The position numbers were made by a program, and so were the translations under genes. Positions 9,264 to 16,562 of a stretch of 55,420 nucleotides of DNA are shown here, piece by piece. Below the pieces are notes generated by a model. The model worked only from the letters and a program-made list of their open reading frames with translations, made no database searches and was not told the DNA's origin. Source of the DNA: Lentisphaerae bacterium ADurb.BinA184 (GTDB lineage Bacteria > Verrucomicrobiota > Lentisphaeria > Oligosphaerales > MVZH01); assembly GCA_002068325.1 (NCBI GenBank), contig MVZH01000002.1:1-55420 (forward strand), written 5' to 3'. Each line of letters starts with the position of its first letter. The first letter of the stretch is position 1.

Positions 9264-10142
9264 ATGGATCGCCTACGTGACGGACGGCAGGGGGTGCGGG
9301 ACGTTTTCACGCTGATTGAGCTGCTGGTCGTGGTGGCGATCATCGCCATCTTGGCGGCGTTGCTGCTGCCCGCCCTCAAGAAAGGCCGGCAACTGGCCTC
9401 GCGCGCCATGTGCAGCTCCAACGAACGGCAGGTGCTGACGGCGCTGTCGCTGTACTTCGCCGACAACGACGGCCACAACCCCGGCGGCTCCGGCGACCAC
9501 CCCGCCTATCCGTATAGCTGGGGACACGAGTACATCTACTTCGTGCAACTGGCGGTCTACGTCGGGTTCGACGAGATTGCGGAGGCGCCGAAGACGGGTG
9601 GGGCCGGCGGGCAGCACGCCACCTACGTGAACCTGATCCCCAACCGCGGGCCGGTCACGCGCAGCGTGTTGTACTGCCCCACCGCGGGATGGGAGACCAG
9701 CGACACGTACCCGAACGGCGACGTCATGCCGTGGTGGCACTACTCGAGCTACGGCATCTTCACCAGCGGCTGGTCGGGGGATCCGAACAAACACTGGTGG
9801 AACCAGCCGCTCGATCCGTTCGACGACAGCGGGCGGGTAGACCGTCCGCAGGCCGCGGCATTCCTGCTGGGCACCATCCTGTCCAGCAGTCCGAACCCGT
9901 CCAACACCGGGGTGTTCGGGCATTTCAGCCGTGCCAACGTGTGGTGGCAGCTTGAGGCGGCCAACGGCTGGACCTCGTGCAGCTACACCCCCTACTACGA
10001 CACGGCTCAGAACGACCACGGCAATGCCTTGCCGGCGGGATTCCTCGACGGCCACGTGCGCATCATCACCCAGGCGGACATGCAGGACTCCAAGTATGGC
10101 CCGACCGGCGACACCCCGCTGTGGCGCGTGCTGAACTGGTGA
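9264..10142 (+). CDS. DUF1559 / prepilin-type N-terminal cleavage-methylation domain protein
   Basis: An AGGAGG Shine-Dalgarno lies 9 nt upstream. The N-terminus is [45 protein letters not shown]. Confidence 0.85.
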   Translation: MDRLRDGRQGVRDVFTLIELLVVVAIIAILAALLLPALKKGRQLASRAMCSSNERQVLTALSLYFADNDGHNPGGSGDHPAYPYSWGHEYIYFVQLAVYVGFDEIAEAPKTGGAGGQHATYVNLIPNRGPVTRSVLYCPTAGWETSDTYPNGDVMPWWHYSSYGIFTSGWSGDPNKHWWNQPLDPFDDSGRVDRPQAAAFLLGTILSSSPNPSNTGVFGHFSRANVWWQLEAANGWTSCSYTPYYDTAQNDHGNALPAGFLDGHVRIITQADMQDSKYGPTGDTPLWRVLNW

Positions 10143-10377
10143 GGATGCCGCCCCTCCCGCGTCCGACACCGGCCGCCTGGCGTCGCACCTTCAGCCTGAG
10201 CGATTCATCAACAAAGAGGCAACGGAGATGACGGAGGCATATCTCATTGGTCCGCAATAACCTACGAACCACTGAGAGAGCAGTCGGTTCCCACGCCGCC
10301 CAACCGCACGTGGGGGGGTAACCTTCTGCAACGCAAACCCTTCGTTGCCTTTGTTCCCTCGCTGTGCACAGTTCGGG

Positions 10378-11322
10378 TCAGCGGTCGGCGTTGCCTCTTT
10401 GCTCGAACAGCAGCCTTCGCAGGCGCGCGAAGTCGGGTTGCGACCGCGGGATTGCGGAGTCTGCAGAGGGGGAGGGCACCGTGTCCCGGCCGTATTCGCG
10501 CACGGGCTCCCCGCCCGGCGGGTTCTGCGCATGGCTGGGCGTAGCGCCTGCCGAGCCGTCGTCCGTCGTTTCGGGCGGGATGGCGCAGCCTCGGCGGCGG
10601 AGGAGTTCGACGGCGATGCGGCGCATGGCCAGGGTGTCGGCGCGGCAGTAGGATTCGAGGCGCTGGCGGGCCGCGGCGTCGTGGTGCCGTTCCCAGGCCT
10701 GCCAGAGTTGGACGGCCTCGGCGCCGTCCACCCCAACCAGCTCCGGCGGACGGTTGAAGCCGAGTGCCCGTTCGATGGCCTTGAGCCCGCCGCGGAGGGC
10801 CTCGCGGTAGCAGACCCAACGCAGATCCAGATGCGAGCAGGGCAGCTCGGGGATGTTGAAGGCCCGCAGGATGTGCGGGACGTCGAAGGAGCTGCCGTTG
10901 AACGACACCAGCAGGCGCGCCTGTTCAAGCAGGTCGAGGGCGGCGTCGAGGTTCTCGCCGCGCACGAACGTATGGCAACGGCCGTCCTGCCAGCCGGCGA
11001 TCACGGTGATCTGGCTCGACCACGTCAGGCCGGTGGTCTCGATATCTACGAATGTGGCGTCGGCGAGGTATTCGGCCAGCAGCCGCCAGCGGTCGGCCGG
11101 GTTGAGGCGGGTGGCGAGGTAGCGCAGGTCGCCGTTCTGACAGGCCTGCTGGCAACGCTCGGCCTCGCAGCGCACGGCGTCCCAGGCCGCGGGGCCGAGG
11201 CGAACGGTGGGTGGCGGCGGCCGGGCGCACACATCCGCCCACGTCCAGATGCCGGCGTCGTGCAGGCGGCGCAGGCGTTCCGGGCCAATGCCGGGCAGAT
11301 GGCTGAGAGCCTGGTCAAGCAT
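10378..11322 (-). CDS. RNase H-like (DnaQ/YprB-type) exonuclease domain protein with N-terminal helix-hairpin-helix
   Basis: LPGIGPERLRRLHDAGIWTWADV is HhH-like. FVDIETTGL (DxE), SFNGSSFDVPHI and H-x-DL are motifs typical of PF13482-type RNase H-fold exonucleases. Confidence 0.7.
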   Translation of the reverse strand: MLDQALSHLPGIGPERLRRLHDAGIWTWADVCARPPPPTVRLGPAAWDAVRCEAERCQQACQNGDLRYLATRLNPADRWRLLAEYLADATFVDIETTGLTWSSQITVIAGWQDGRCHTFVRGENLDAALDLLEQARLLVSFNGSSFDVPHILRAFNIPELPCSHLDLRWVCYREALRGGLKAIERALGFNRPPELVGVDGAEAVQLWQAWERHHDAAARQRLESYCRADTLAMRRIAVELLRRRGCAIPPETTDDGSAGATPSHAQNPPGGEPVREYGRDTVPSPSADSAIPRSQPDFARLRRLLFEQRGNADR

Positions 11323-11330
11323 ACGGCGGG

Positions 11331-11358
11331 ATTATAGGGCGGCGGGCGACGACTGCAA
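11331..11358 (-). promoter_or_regulatory. Sigma70-like promoter of the RNase H-like gene (TTGCAG, 16 nt spacer, TATAAT)
   Basis: The minus strand reads ggctcgcTTGCAGtcgtcgcccgccgcccTATAATcccgccgtATG. The perfect -10 box ends 8 nt before the start codon, which implies a leaderless or near-leaderless mRNA. Confidence 0.45.
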
Positions 11359-11382
11359 GCGAGCCCGCGGAGTGCGGAAGGC

Positions 11383-11581
11383 GGAACTGGAAACCGAAAA
11401 CCGTAGGTCGTGGGTCGTAGCGGACCCCGCCGGTGATGCCGATCACCGATGACCCGTGGGGCGTGGAGCCGGCGGTCTCCGCCGGTAATGCCCGGAACCG
11501 GTGATCGGTGACCCGTGACCGGTGATGCCGGCAACGAGGCACGAAGGCACGACGGCACCGTCGATCGTGGGTCGTGTGGGC
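11383..11581. repeat. Mosaic of short heptamer tandem runs (period 7, changing unit sequence)
   Basis: The hand parse gives GGAACTG GAAACCG AAAACCG TAGGTCG TGGGTCG TAGCGGA, then GGTGATG CCGATCA CCGATGA CCCGTGG GGCGTGG. After the REP copy it continues CCGGTGA TCGGTGA CCCGTGA CCGGTGA ... CACGAAG GCACGAC ... TCGATCG TGGGTCG TGTGGGC. Confidence 0.7.
11464..11487 (+). repeat. REP-like hairpin element, copy 2
   Basis: TGGAGCCGGCGGTCTCCGCCGGTA is identical to 825-848. It continues ATGCCCGGAACCGG, as copy 3 does. Confidence 0.6.
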
Positions 11582-11700
11582 CCCGAAGGGGCCGTGGTAT
11601 GTAGCCCCCGGTGCAACCGGGGGGGCGCCCCGTCACCCCATGCCGAGCGCCCCAAAGCGGGCGCGGGTGGTAACGATCGTGGATCGTCTGCTGTGGATCC

Positions 11701-11731
11701 CGGAGCCAACGGTCTCCGCCGGTCATGCCGG
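11701..11731 (+). repeat. REP-like hairpin element, copy 3 (diverged)
   Basis: CGGAGCCAACGGTCTCCGCCGGTCATGCCGGGAACGG aligns with copy 2, TGGAGCCGGCGGTCTCCGCCGGTAATGCCCGGAACCGG. Confidence 0.5.
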
Positions 11732-11756
11732 GAACGGCCAACCCCGAGCCGGCCCG

Positions 11757-14700
11757 TCACGTCGCGAGCGCGAGGAGCCAGTCGCGGTGCACGGCGAAAC
11801 GGACGGTTTGGCGGCGGCCGCCGGCGGCGTCGGCGATGATCCATGAGCGGTCGGGCTGCACGGCGGTGAGACGCCAGTTGGCGGCTCCGACCGTCAGGCC
11901 GACGCGGGCGGCCTTGGCCGCGGCCTCCTTGGCCACCCAAAGCTGGAGGAGCGGCGCCGCGCCCTCGACCGATCCGGTTTCCGCGAGTTTCATCTCGACG
12001 GGCGTGGCAATCTGTCCCGGCTCGAAATGCGGAGTCCGCAAAAGGGGCTCGAGGTCAATGCCGACCGGGCCGGGGCCGACCGCCGCGGCGGCGGCATGCC
12101 CCGAGTGCGCCAGGCTCACGGCGAGGGGCGGATGCCACGCGTCCGCGGATGCGGCCAGAGTCACCGCGGGGGCGCCGTTGGCCTCGTTGAAAACGGTGAT
12201 TTCGACCGGGTGGGGAAGGTGCCGTCCCTCGCCGCGGCGGCGGAGGGCGTCCAGCATCGCGTTCTTGACCGCGAGGCGCCCGCACAGCCACTGCAGGCGA
12301 CGGACGGGCGTCGTTTTGGCCGGCGGCATCTCCGCCGACTCGCGGACGGACAGGAAGAGGCTGCGTACGTGGGCCGTGCCGAGGCTGGCGAGGTCGTCGG
12401 CGGCGCTGAGCCAGCAGGCGGCGACATCCTCCGGCTGCCCGGCGAAATGCACCGGGGTGGCCAGCCGCATCTGCGTGGGCTCGCGCAGCGAGGTCACCAG
12501 GGCGGCGGACTCGGAGAGGATGGCGAGGGTCCATCCCCGGCCGCGCGCCCAGACGTGGCCGTCCCCGTCCTGGATCTCGAGGTCGTAGGTCATCTCCTTG
12601 CCGGGTGTGAAAGACGTGCGTTCGCCGTAGACGGGCAGGAGGCGTCCCGGGGGTGGCGGGGGGCGGTAGAACTCGATGGCTTCCATGGCCATGGGCAGGG
12701 CGAGCCGGGGCGGGACGGCGGAGGCGTGCAGCCCGGCGGCCTGCCAGGCGCCGTCGAGGAGCACCGGGTCGGTCAGCAGTGCAGGTGCCGACCCCCGCGT
12801 GAAGAGTCCGTCGGCCGGCAGGGACCGCAGCTCGGCGCGGAAGGTCTCCGGCCCCGCGGTCACCATCCGGCAGAGGCTCTGCAGCAGGGGACCGTGGAAG
12901 AGAAGCCCGCCGGTGTAGATGTCCGGCGCCCGCAGTGGCGACGGCGAGTCGTCGGCGGGGCGGGCAAAACGCGGCGTCACGGTCAGGCGGTAGCGTTCGC
13001 CAAAGAGGCATTCGGCGCTGAAGGCAGACTGGCCGTCGCGCTGGATTTCGCCGGCGACAAGCGTGAGCCCGTCGGCGGTTTCGGCGGGGCGGACGCGGAG
13101 CGTGAGCATGATCTCGTCGCAGTCCTCGAACGCCAACAGCTTGAGGGCGCGCACGCGCCGGAAGCCGGTCAGCCCCTGTCCGCGGGCCAGGAAGGCGGCG
13201 GCCTCGGCCAGCATTTCGAGGGCGAATGCGGCGGGGACGGTGGCCAGGCACTGAGCCGGCGGCTTGTAGTCGTGGACGAGGGCGAAGGCGTGGTCAACGA
13301 AACAGGGGAAATCGGCGAGCCGCAACGGGCACGCGAACGAGACCCAGCCGTCGGGGGCGCGGCCGAGGCAGTGCGTGATGAAGGGCATCCACGGCGGCGA
13401 TGGCTCACGGGCGGCGGCGCGCCCGCCGTGCGCCGCGGAGGCTGTCGCGGTTCCGGCCGCGTCTCCCGGCCACGGCTGTCGGTGAAGCGGGATCAGGGCT
13501 TCCGGGCTGCGCCGCGAGGGCGCGGCGACGGGCACCGCGGTCTCAAGGAGTCCCGCCAGGTTCACGCGGCAGCCGTTGACAAAGAGCTCGGCCGCGGCGC
13601 GCTGCAACTGGGTCAGGGGGTGCACGCCGTCCAAGTCGAGGGCGACGAAGGTCGCCGGGGCGGTGGGGGCGGTCCGGCTGGCCGGTGCTGCATCGCCCAA
13701 GGGGGCGGGAGAGGCGTCTGGCGTCGGCCCGCGGCGGTCTGGCGTCACGTCGTCCACGGCGGTTGTGCTGAACGAGCCCAGCCCGCAGTGCAGGAACAGG
13801 CGCGTGCCCTGGTCGCGGACCGTGCGCAGCGTCTGCCAGACGCGGGCGGGCCGGATGAGGTTGTCCGCGGCGGTCTCGGCCAGCGCGTCTTCCTGCACGT
13901 CGAACGGCCTGCCCGTCACCGAAGAGACGACCGCAGGGGCGGCGGGGCGTGGGTGGACGTGGCGGGCCACGAGGGCGCGCAGCCGTTCACGCAGGGGCAT
14001 CATCAGGGCGCTGTGCATCGGCGGGTAGGGCAGCCGGAGCGCGACACCCGCGCCGGCGGCCCGGACGTCGGCGACGAAGGCGTCAATCGCCGCGGCCGGC
14101 CCGCCGAGGCAGAACGTGACCGGGCTGATGTAAAGGGTGATGCAGACCGCGGGATGCTGGTCGAGGATGGTTCCGAGCTGTGCCTCACGCCCCTGGAAGA
14201 CCGCCGTCGTGCCGAGTGTGGACAGGTGGTACTCGGCGGCGGCGACCGGCCAGAGGTCGGCGAGCACCTCCGGCAGATCCAGGTGTCCGGCGGCGCCGAG
14301 GGCGGGGAGGTCGCCGATGGACTGGCCGAGGAAGCTGTCCGGCTCGACGCCGAGGCGGCGCGTCAGGAGCCAGCCGACCCAGTCGGCCATGAGTACGGTC
14401 GGCGGCACGAGGCTGCGGCGGTCGGGCGGCAGGTTGTCGAAGCGTAGGTTCCCGCCGTCCGCCGGGGCGGCGAGCGAGAAGCGGGCGCGCAGGCCGGCGG
14501 CCAGCCCGGGGGGGGCCGTTTCGGGCGGGGCGAGCAGCAAGCTGGTCGGCAGCGGGTCGTCCGGGTTGTGGTCGCGTGGCTCCTGCCCGTCGAGGAAACG
14601 GCGGACTTCCGGGAAGAGCATGGCGTGTGTGAGCAGATGTTCGGGCAGGTCGCCTTCGAGTCCGGGGTAGCCCACGCCGGGGAAGACGGCCGTGAGCCGC

Positions 14701-16220
14701 GGCGGCGCGGGCGTTGCGTCCCAGCCGAGGAAGACGTCCGCAACGGGCGGGGCGTCCGCATCGAGGCTGGCCAGGGCCGCATCCAGCAACCCGCACGCGC
14801 TCCCTGGCGCGGCGACGATGGCGGCGCGCACGGCTAGGCCGCCGGCGCTGGCGGCGGCCGGTGCCTCCGCGGCCAGCGCCGCGAACTCTGCGGCCGGCGC
14901 AGGGGATCCAAGGCGCGCCTGTGCGGCCTGCAACTGTGTACGGAGCGCGGCACGCGAATCCGCCGCGAAGGCGAGCAGTTCGGTGGGGCGTTCCAGCCCC
15001 GGCGCGGCGGGCCGGGTCGTCTCGTCGAGTGCTGCCTGGAGGAGGGCGCCGCCGACGTGTCCGGACGGGCCGCAGGCGAGGACGGCGGCGGTGCGGACTC
15101 CGCAGGCCGGGGGTTTGAGCCAAGGCCTGGCGCGCCGGCTGGTGTAGAAGCGGCTGCGGCACAGGGCCTCGCCCGGGGGCGCGGAACCCGGGGTGGGCGG
15201 CAGGATGCGGCAGGCGAGGGCGCGCGCCGTCTTGATCAGCGCCGCCAGCCCGGCCGCGTTGAGGGTCCAGCCAACGACGGGGGTCAGGGAGCCAATCGCC
15301 GTCGTGGCGGCTTCCGTGGTGCGGCCGCCGTACGCGTCCTGCAAGTCGGCGAGAACCCTGTCGTCAAGCCCGGGTGACACCCCGCCGGCCACCTCGATGT
15401 AGTCGGGGCACGCGCCGGCCCCGGCCGCATCGAGCGCGGCCCGGATTCCACTCCCGGCGCCGTCGCCGGAAACTGCGGACTCCGCAGACCCGTCGCCGAC
15501 GCCGGTGACAAGGGCGTGCACAGACTCGCCGCCGGCCGCGACGGTGGCGTAGGGCGCGAGGACGACGGCGCCGCCGCCCTCGCCGGGCAGAACGCCGGGC
15601 CGCGCTTCGGCCAGAAACTCGGGAAACCCCTGTTCGCAGAGGACTCCGTCCCTCCGCAACCGATGCCACCAAGCGGGGAGAGCCGGGCCGCTGACCCCGG
15701 CTAGGATGACGTGCCCGGCCGCACCCGCGCGAAGCCGTTGCGCCGCCGCGCGCAGCAGCGGGGCCAGGGCCGCGCCTTCAGACAAAGAGAACACGCGGAC
15801 AGCCCCGCCGATGCCGAGGGGCGCGGCGACTCCGGCGCGGACTGCCTCGACAGCGCCGGCGTCGGCCTCCCCGTCGTGCTCGCCGGCGATGAGCAGATCC
15901 GTCTGCGCCAGGCGGGCGGGCGACTCGGCCCCGGCGTCGCAGAGGGCGCGGACAACCAAGTCGCGCAACAGGGCCAGGTGCGGGTGGGAGCCGTCGTCAT
16001 CGAGGACGGGGGTACGCGGGTGCAGCCGGCAGGGAGTGGTGAAGAAGCCGCCGGTCACAGCGGCCGCAGGCACCGCCCCGCCGGCGCGTTCCGGCGGCAA
16101 CGGCCCCAGGAAGCGACGGCCGTTGACCACGCCGCGCCAGAAGGCCTCGAGGTCATGGGCGCCGGGGAAGCAGGCGCTCATTCCCACGATGGCCAGCGCG
16201 TTGTCGTTGGGGTTGGACAC
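11757..16220 (-). CDS. PKS / PUFA-synthase-like subunit B: inactive KS (CLF-like), AT-like, PKS-type dehydratase, C-terminal 4'-phosphopantetheinyl transferase
   Basis: A 1487-aa ORF with a GTG start. The N-terminus MSNPNDNALAIVGMSACFPGAHDLEAFW is a KS N-terminal signature. Domain motifs are listed in the sub-features. There is no ACP, KR or active KS, so this subunit must work with the 2371-aa subunit A. Confidence 0.85.
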   Translation of the reverse strand: MSNPNDNALAIVGMSACFPGAHDLEAFWRGVVNGRRFLGPLPPERAGGAVPAAAVTGGFFTTPCRLHPRTPVLDDDGSHPHLALLRDLVVRALCDAGAESPARLAQTDLLIAGEHDGEADAGAVEAVRAGVAAPLGIGGAVRVFSLSEGAALAPLLRAAAQRLRAGAAGHVILAGVSGPALPAWWHRLRRDGVLCEQGFPEFLAEARPGVLPGEGGGAVVLAPYATVAAGGESVHALVTGVGDGSAESAVSGDGAGSGIRAALDAAGAGACPDYIEVAGGVSPGLDDRVLADLQDAYGGRTTEAATTAIGSLTPVVGWTLNAAGLAALIKTARALACRILPPTPGSAPPGEALCRSRFYTSRRARPWLKPPACGVRTAAVLACGPSGHVGGALLQAALDETTRPAAPGLERPTELLAFAADSRAALRTQLQAAQARLGSPAPAAEFAALAAEAPAAASAGGLAVRAAIVAAPGSACGLLDAALASLDADAPPVADVFLGWDATPAPPRLTAVFPGVGYPGLEGDLPEHLLTHAMLFPEVRRFLDGQEPRDHNPDDPLPTSLLLAPPETAPPGLAAGLRARFSLAAPADGGNLRFDNLPPDRRSLVPPTVLMADWVGWLLTRRLGVEPDSFLGQSIGDLPALGAAGHLDLPEVLADLWPVAAAEYHLSTLGTTAVFQGREAQLGTILDQHPAVCITLYISPVTFCLGGPAAAIDAFVADVRAAGAGVALRLPYPPMHSALMMPLRERLRALVARHVHPRPAAPAVVSSVTGRPFDVQEDALAETAADNLIRPARVWQTLRTVRDQGTRLFLHCGLGSFSTTAVDDVTPDRRGPTPDASPAPLGDAAPASRTAPTAPATFVALDLDGVHPLTQLQRAAAELFVNGCRVNLAGLLETAVPVAAPSRRSPEALIPLHRQPWPGDAAGTATASAAHGGRAAAREPSPPWMPFITHCLGRAPDGWVSFACPLRLADFPCFVDHAFALVHDYKPPAQCLATVPAAFALEMLAEAAAFLARGQGLTGFRRVRALKLLAFEDCDEIMLTLRVRPAETADGLTLVAGEIQRDGQSAFSAECLFGERYRLTVTPRFARPADDSPSPLRAPDIYTGGLLFHGPLLQSLCRMVTAGPETFRAELRSLPADGLFTRGSAPALLTDPVLLDGAWQAAGLHASAVPPRLALPMAMEAIEFYRPPPPPGRLLPVYGERTSFTPGKEMTYDLEIQDGDGHVWARGRGWTLAILSESAALVTSLREPTQMRLATPVHFAGQPEDVAACWLSAADDLASLGTAHVRSLFLSVRESAEMPPAKTTPVRRLQWLCGRLAVKNAMLDALRRRGEGRHLPHPVEITVFNEANGAPAVTLAASADAWHPPLAVSLAHSGHAAAAAVGPGPVGIDLEPLLRTPHFEPGQIATPVEMKLAETGSVEGAAPLLQLWVAKEAAAKAARVGLTVGAANWRLTAVQPDRSWIIADAAGGRRQTVRFAVHRDWLLALAT
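11760..12323 (-). other. Integrated Sfp/AcpS-type 4'-phosphopantetheinyl transferase domain
   Basis: PVGIDLEPL is present (Asp1389 codon checked at 12054-12056), and LQLWVAKEAAAKA matches W-x-x-KEA-x-x-K. These are the two hallmark PPTase motifs. Confidence 0.7.
12471..13394 (-). other. PKS-type (double hot-dog) dehydratase domain
   Basis: LADFPCFVDHAFALVHDY...VPAAFALEM fits the H-x3-G/A-x4-P type motif; the His977 codon was checked at 13290-13292. The downstream LLTDPVLLDGAWQAAG fits the D-x3-Q motif. Confidence 0.6.
13776..14708 (-). other. Acyltransferase-like domain with variant nucleophile elbow GQSIG
   Basis: LTAVFPGVGYPG aligns with the FPGQGSQ start. FLGQSIGDLPALGAAG has Ser634, whose TCC codon was checked at 14319-14321. 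PYPPMHSALM aligns with the AFHS motif. No Arg was seen at the usual malonyl-carboxylate position. Confidence 0.5.
15036..16199 (-). other. KS-like domain lacking the Cys-His-His triad (chain-length-factor-like)
   Basis: At the position of the D-x-ACSS motif the sequence is VFSLSEGAALAPLL (no Cys). The EAHGTGT position reads YIEVAGGVSPG (no His). The GS-x-K-x-x-x-GH position reads IGSLTPVVGWTLNAAG (His replaced by Trp). Confidence 0.65.
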
Positions 16221-16293
16221 GGAACTGCCTGCCTCTGAGGTGCCTGCAAAACTCCCGCAAGCGCCGGTTTCATGTGTCAGGGTTCAGCACTTG

Positions 16294-16426
16294 ACGTTCG
16301 ACGTTCTGCGTTGGGCGTTCTGCGTTCTGCGTTCGGCGTTGAGCGTTCTGCGTTGAGCGTTCTGCGTTCGCCGTTCTGCGTTCTGCGTTCGCCGTTGGGC
16401 GCTCGCCGTTTGTCGTTCGTCGTTCA
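16294..16426. repeat. Heptamer tandem array, 19 units of CGTTCNN type (left arm)
   Basis: The hand parse is ACGTTCG ACGTTCT GCGTTGG GCGTTCT GCGTTCT GCGTTCG GCGTTGA GCGTTCT GCGTTGA GCGTTCT GCGTTCG CCGTTCT GCGTTCT GCGTTCG CCGTTGG GCGCTCG CCGTTTG TCGTTCG TCGTTCA. CAGGGTTCAG precedes it at 16278-16287. The array lies between the res stop (16563) and the subunit B start (16220). Confidence 0.9.
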
Positions 16427-16562
16427 TCTGGCCGCGAGGAATGAGTTCGCCCTGGCTGCGGACACCCAGGCCCAGTTCGAGCCGCACGTCTCCCGGCTCC
16501 GGCGTTGCCGGCGCTGCCGGGGATGTGTTCGCGGCCCGCGCCTGGGCCGGCCTGTTTGGGGG

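Noticed and set aside
5336-9478. Very long antisense or out-of-frame ORFs: 5336..9478 (-, 1380 aa), 12027..14447 (+), 16272..18899 (+), 22536..25376 (+), 25575..27074 (+), 41179..43752 (+), 46543..50250 (-), 31095..33151 (-), 32914..34986 (-), 35014..37272 (-), 37505..39145 (-)
   Set aside because: They are shadow ORFs typical of roughly 70% GC DNA. Their translations are Arg/Ala/Gly/Pro-rich with no recognisable motifs. Each lies opposite to, or out of frame with, a gene that has clear family motifs.
10212-10353. An imperfect inverted repeat CAAAGAGGCAACG / CGTTGCCTTTG flanking a lower-GC 120-bp spacer, and a 6-bp hairpin GCAACG-N9-CGTTGC (10328-10348) downstream of the RNase H-like gene. 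I considered a possible sRNA, MITE or terminator
   Set aside because: The stems are short and imperfect (a 1-nt indel). There is no U-tract, no second copy in the window and no recognisable RNA family.
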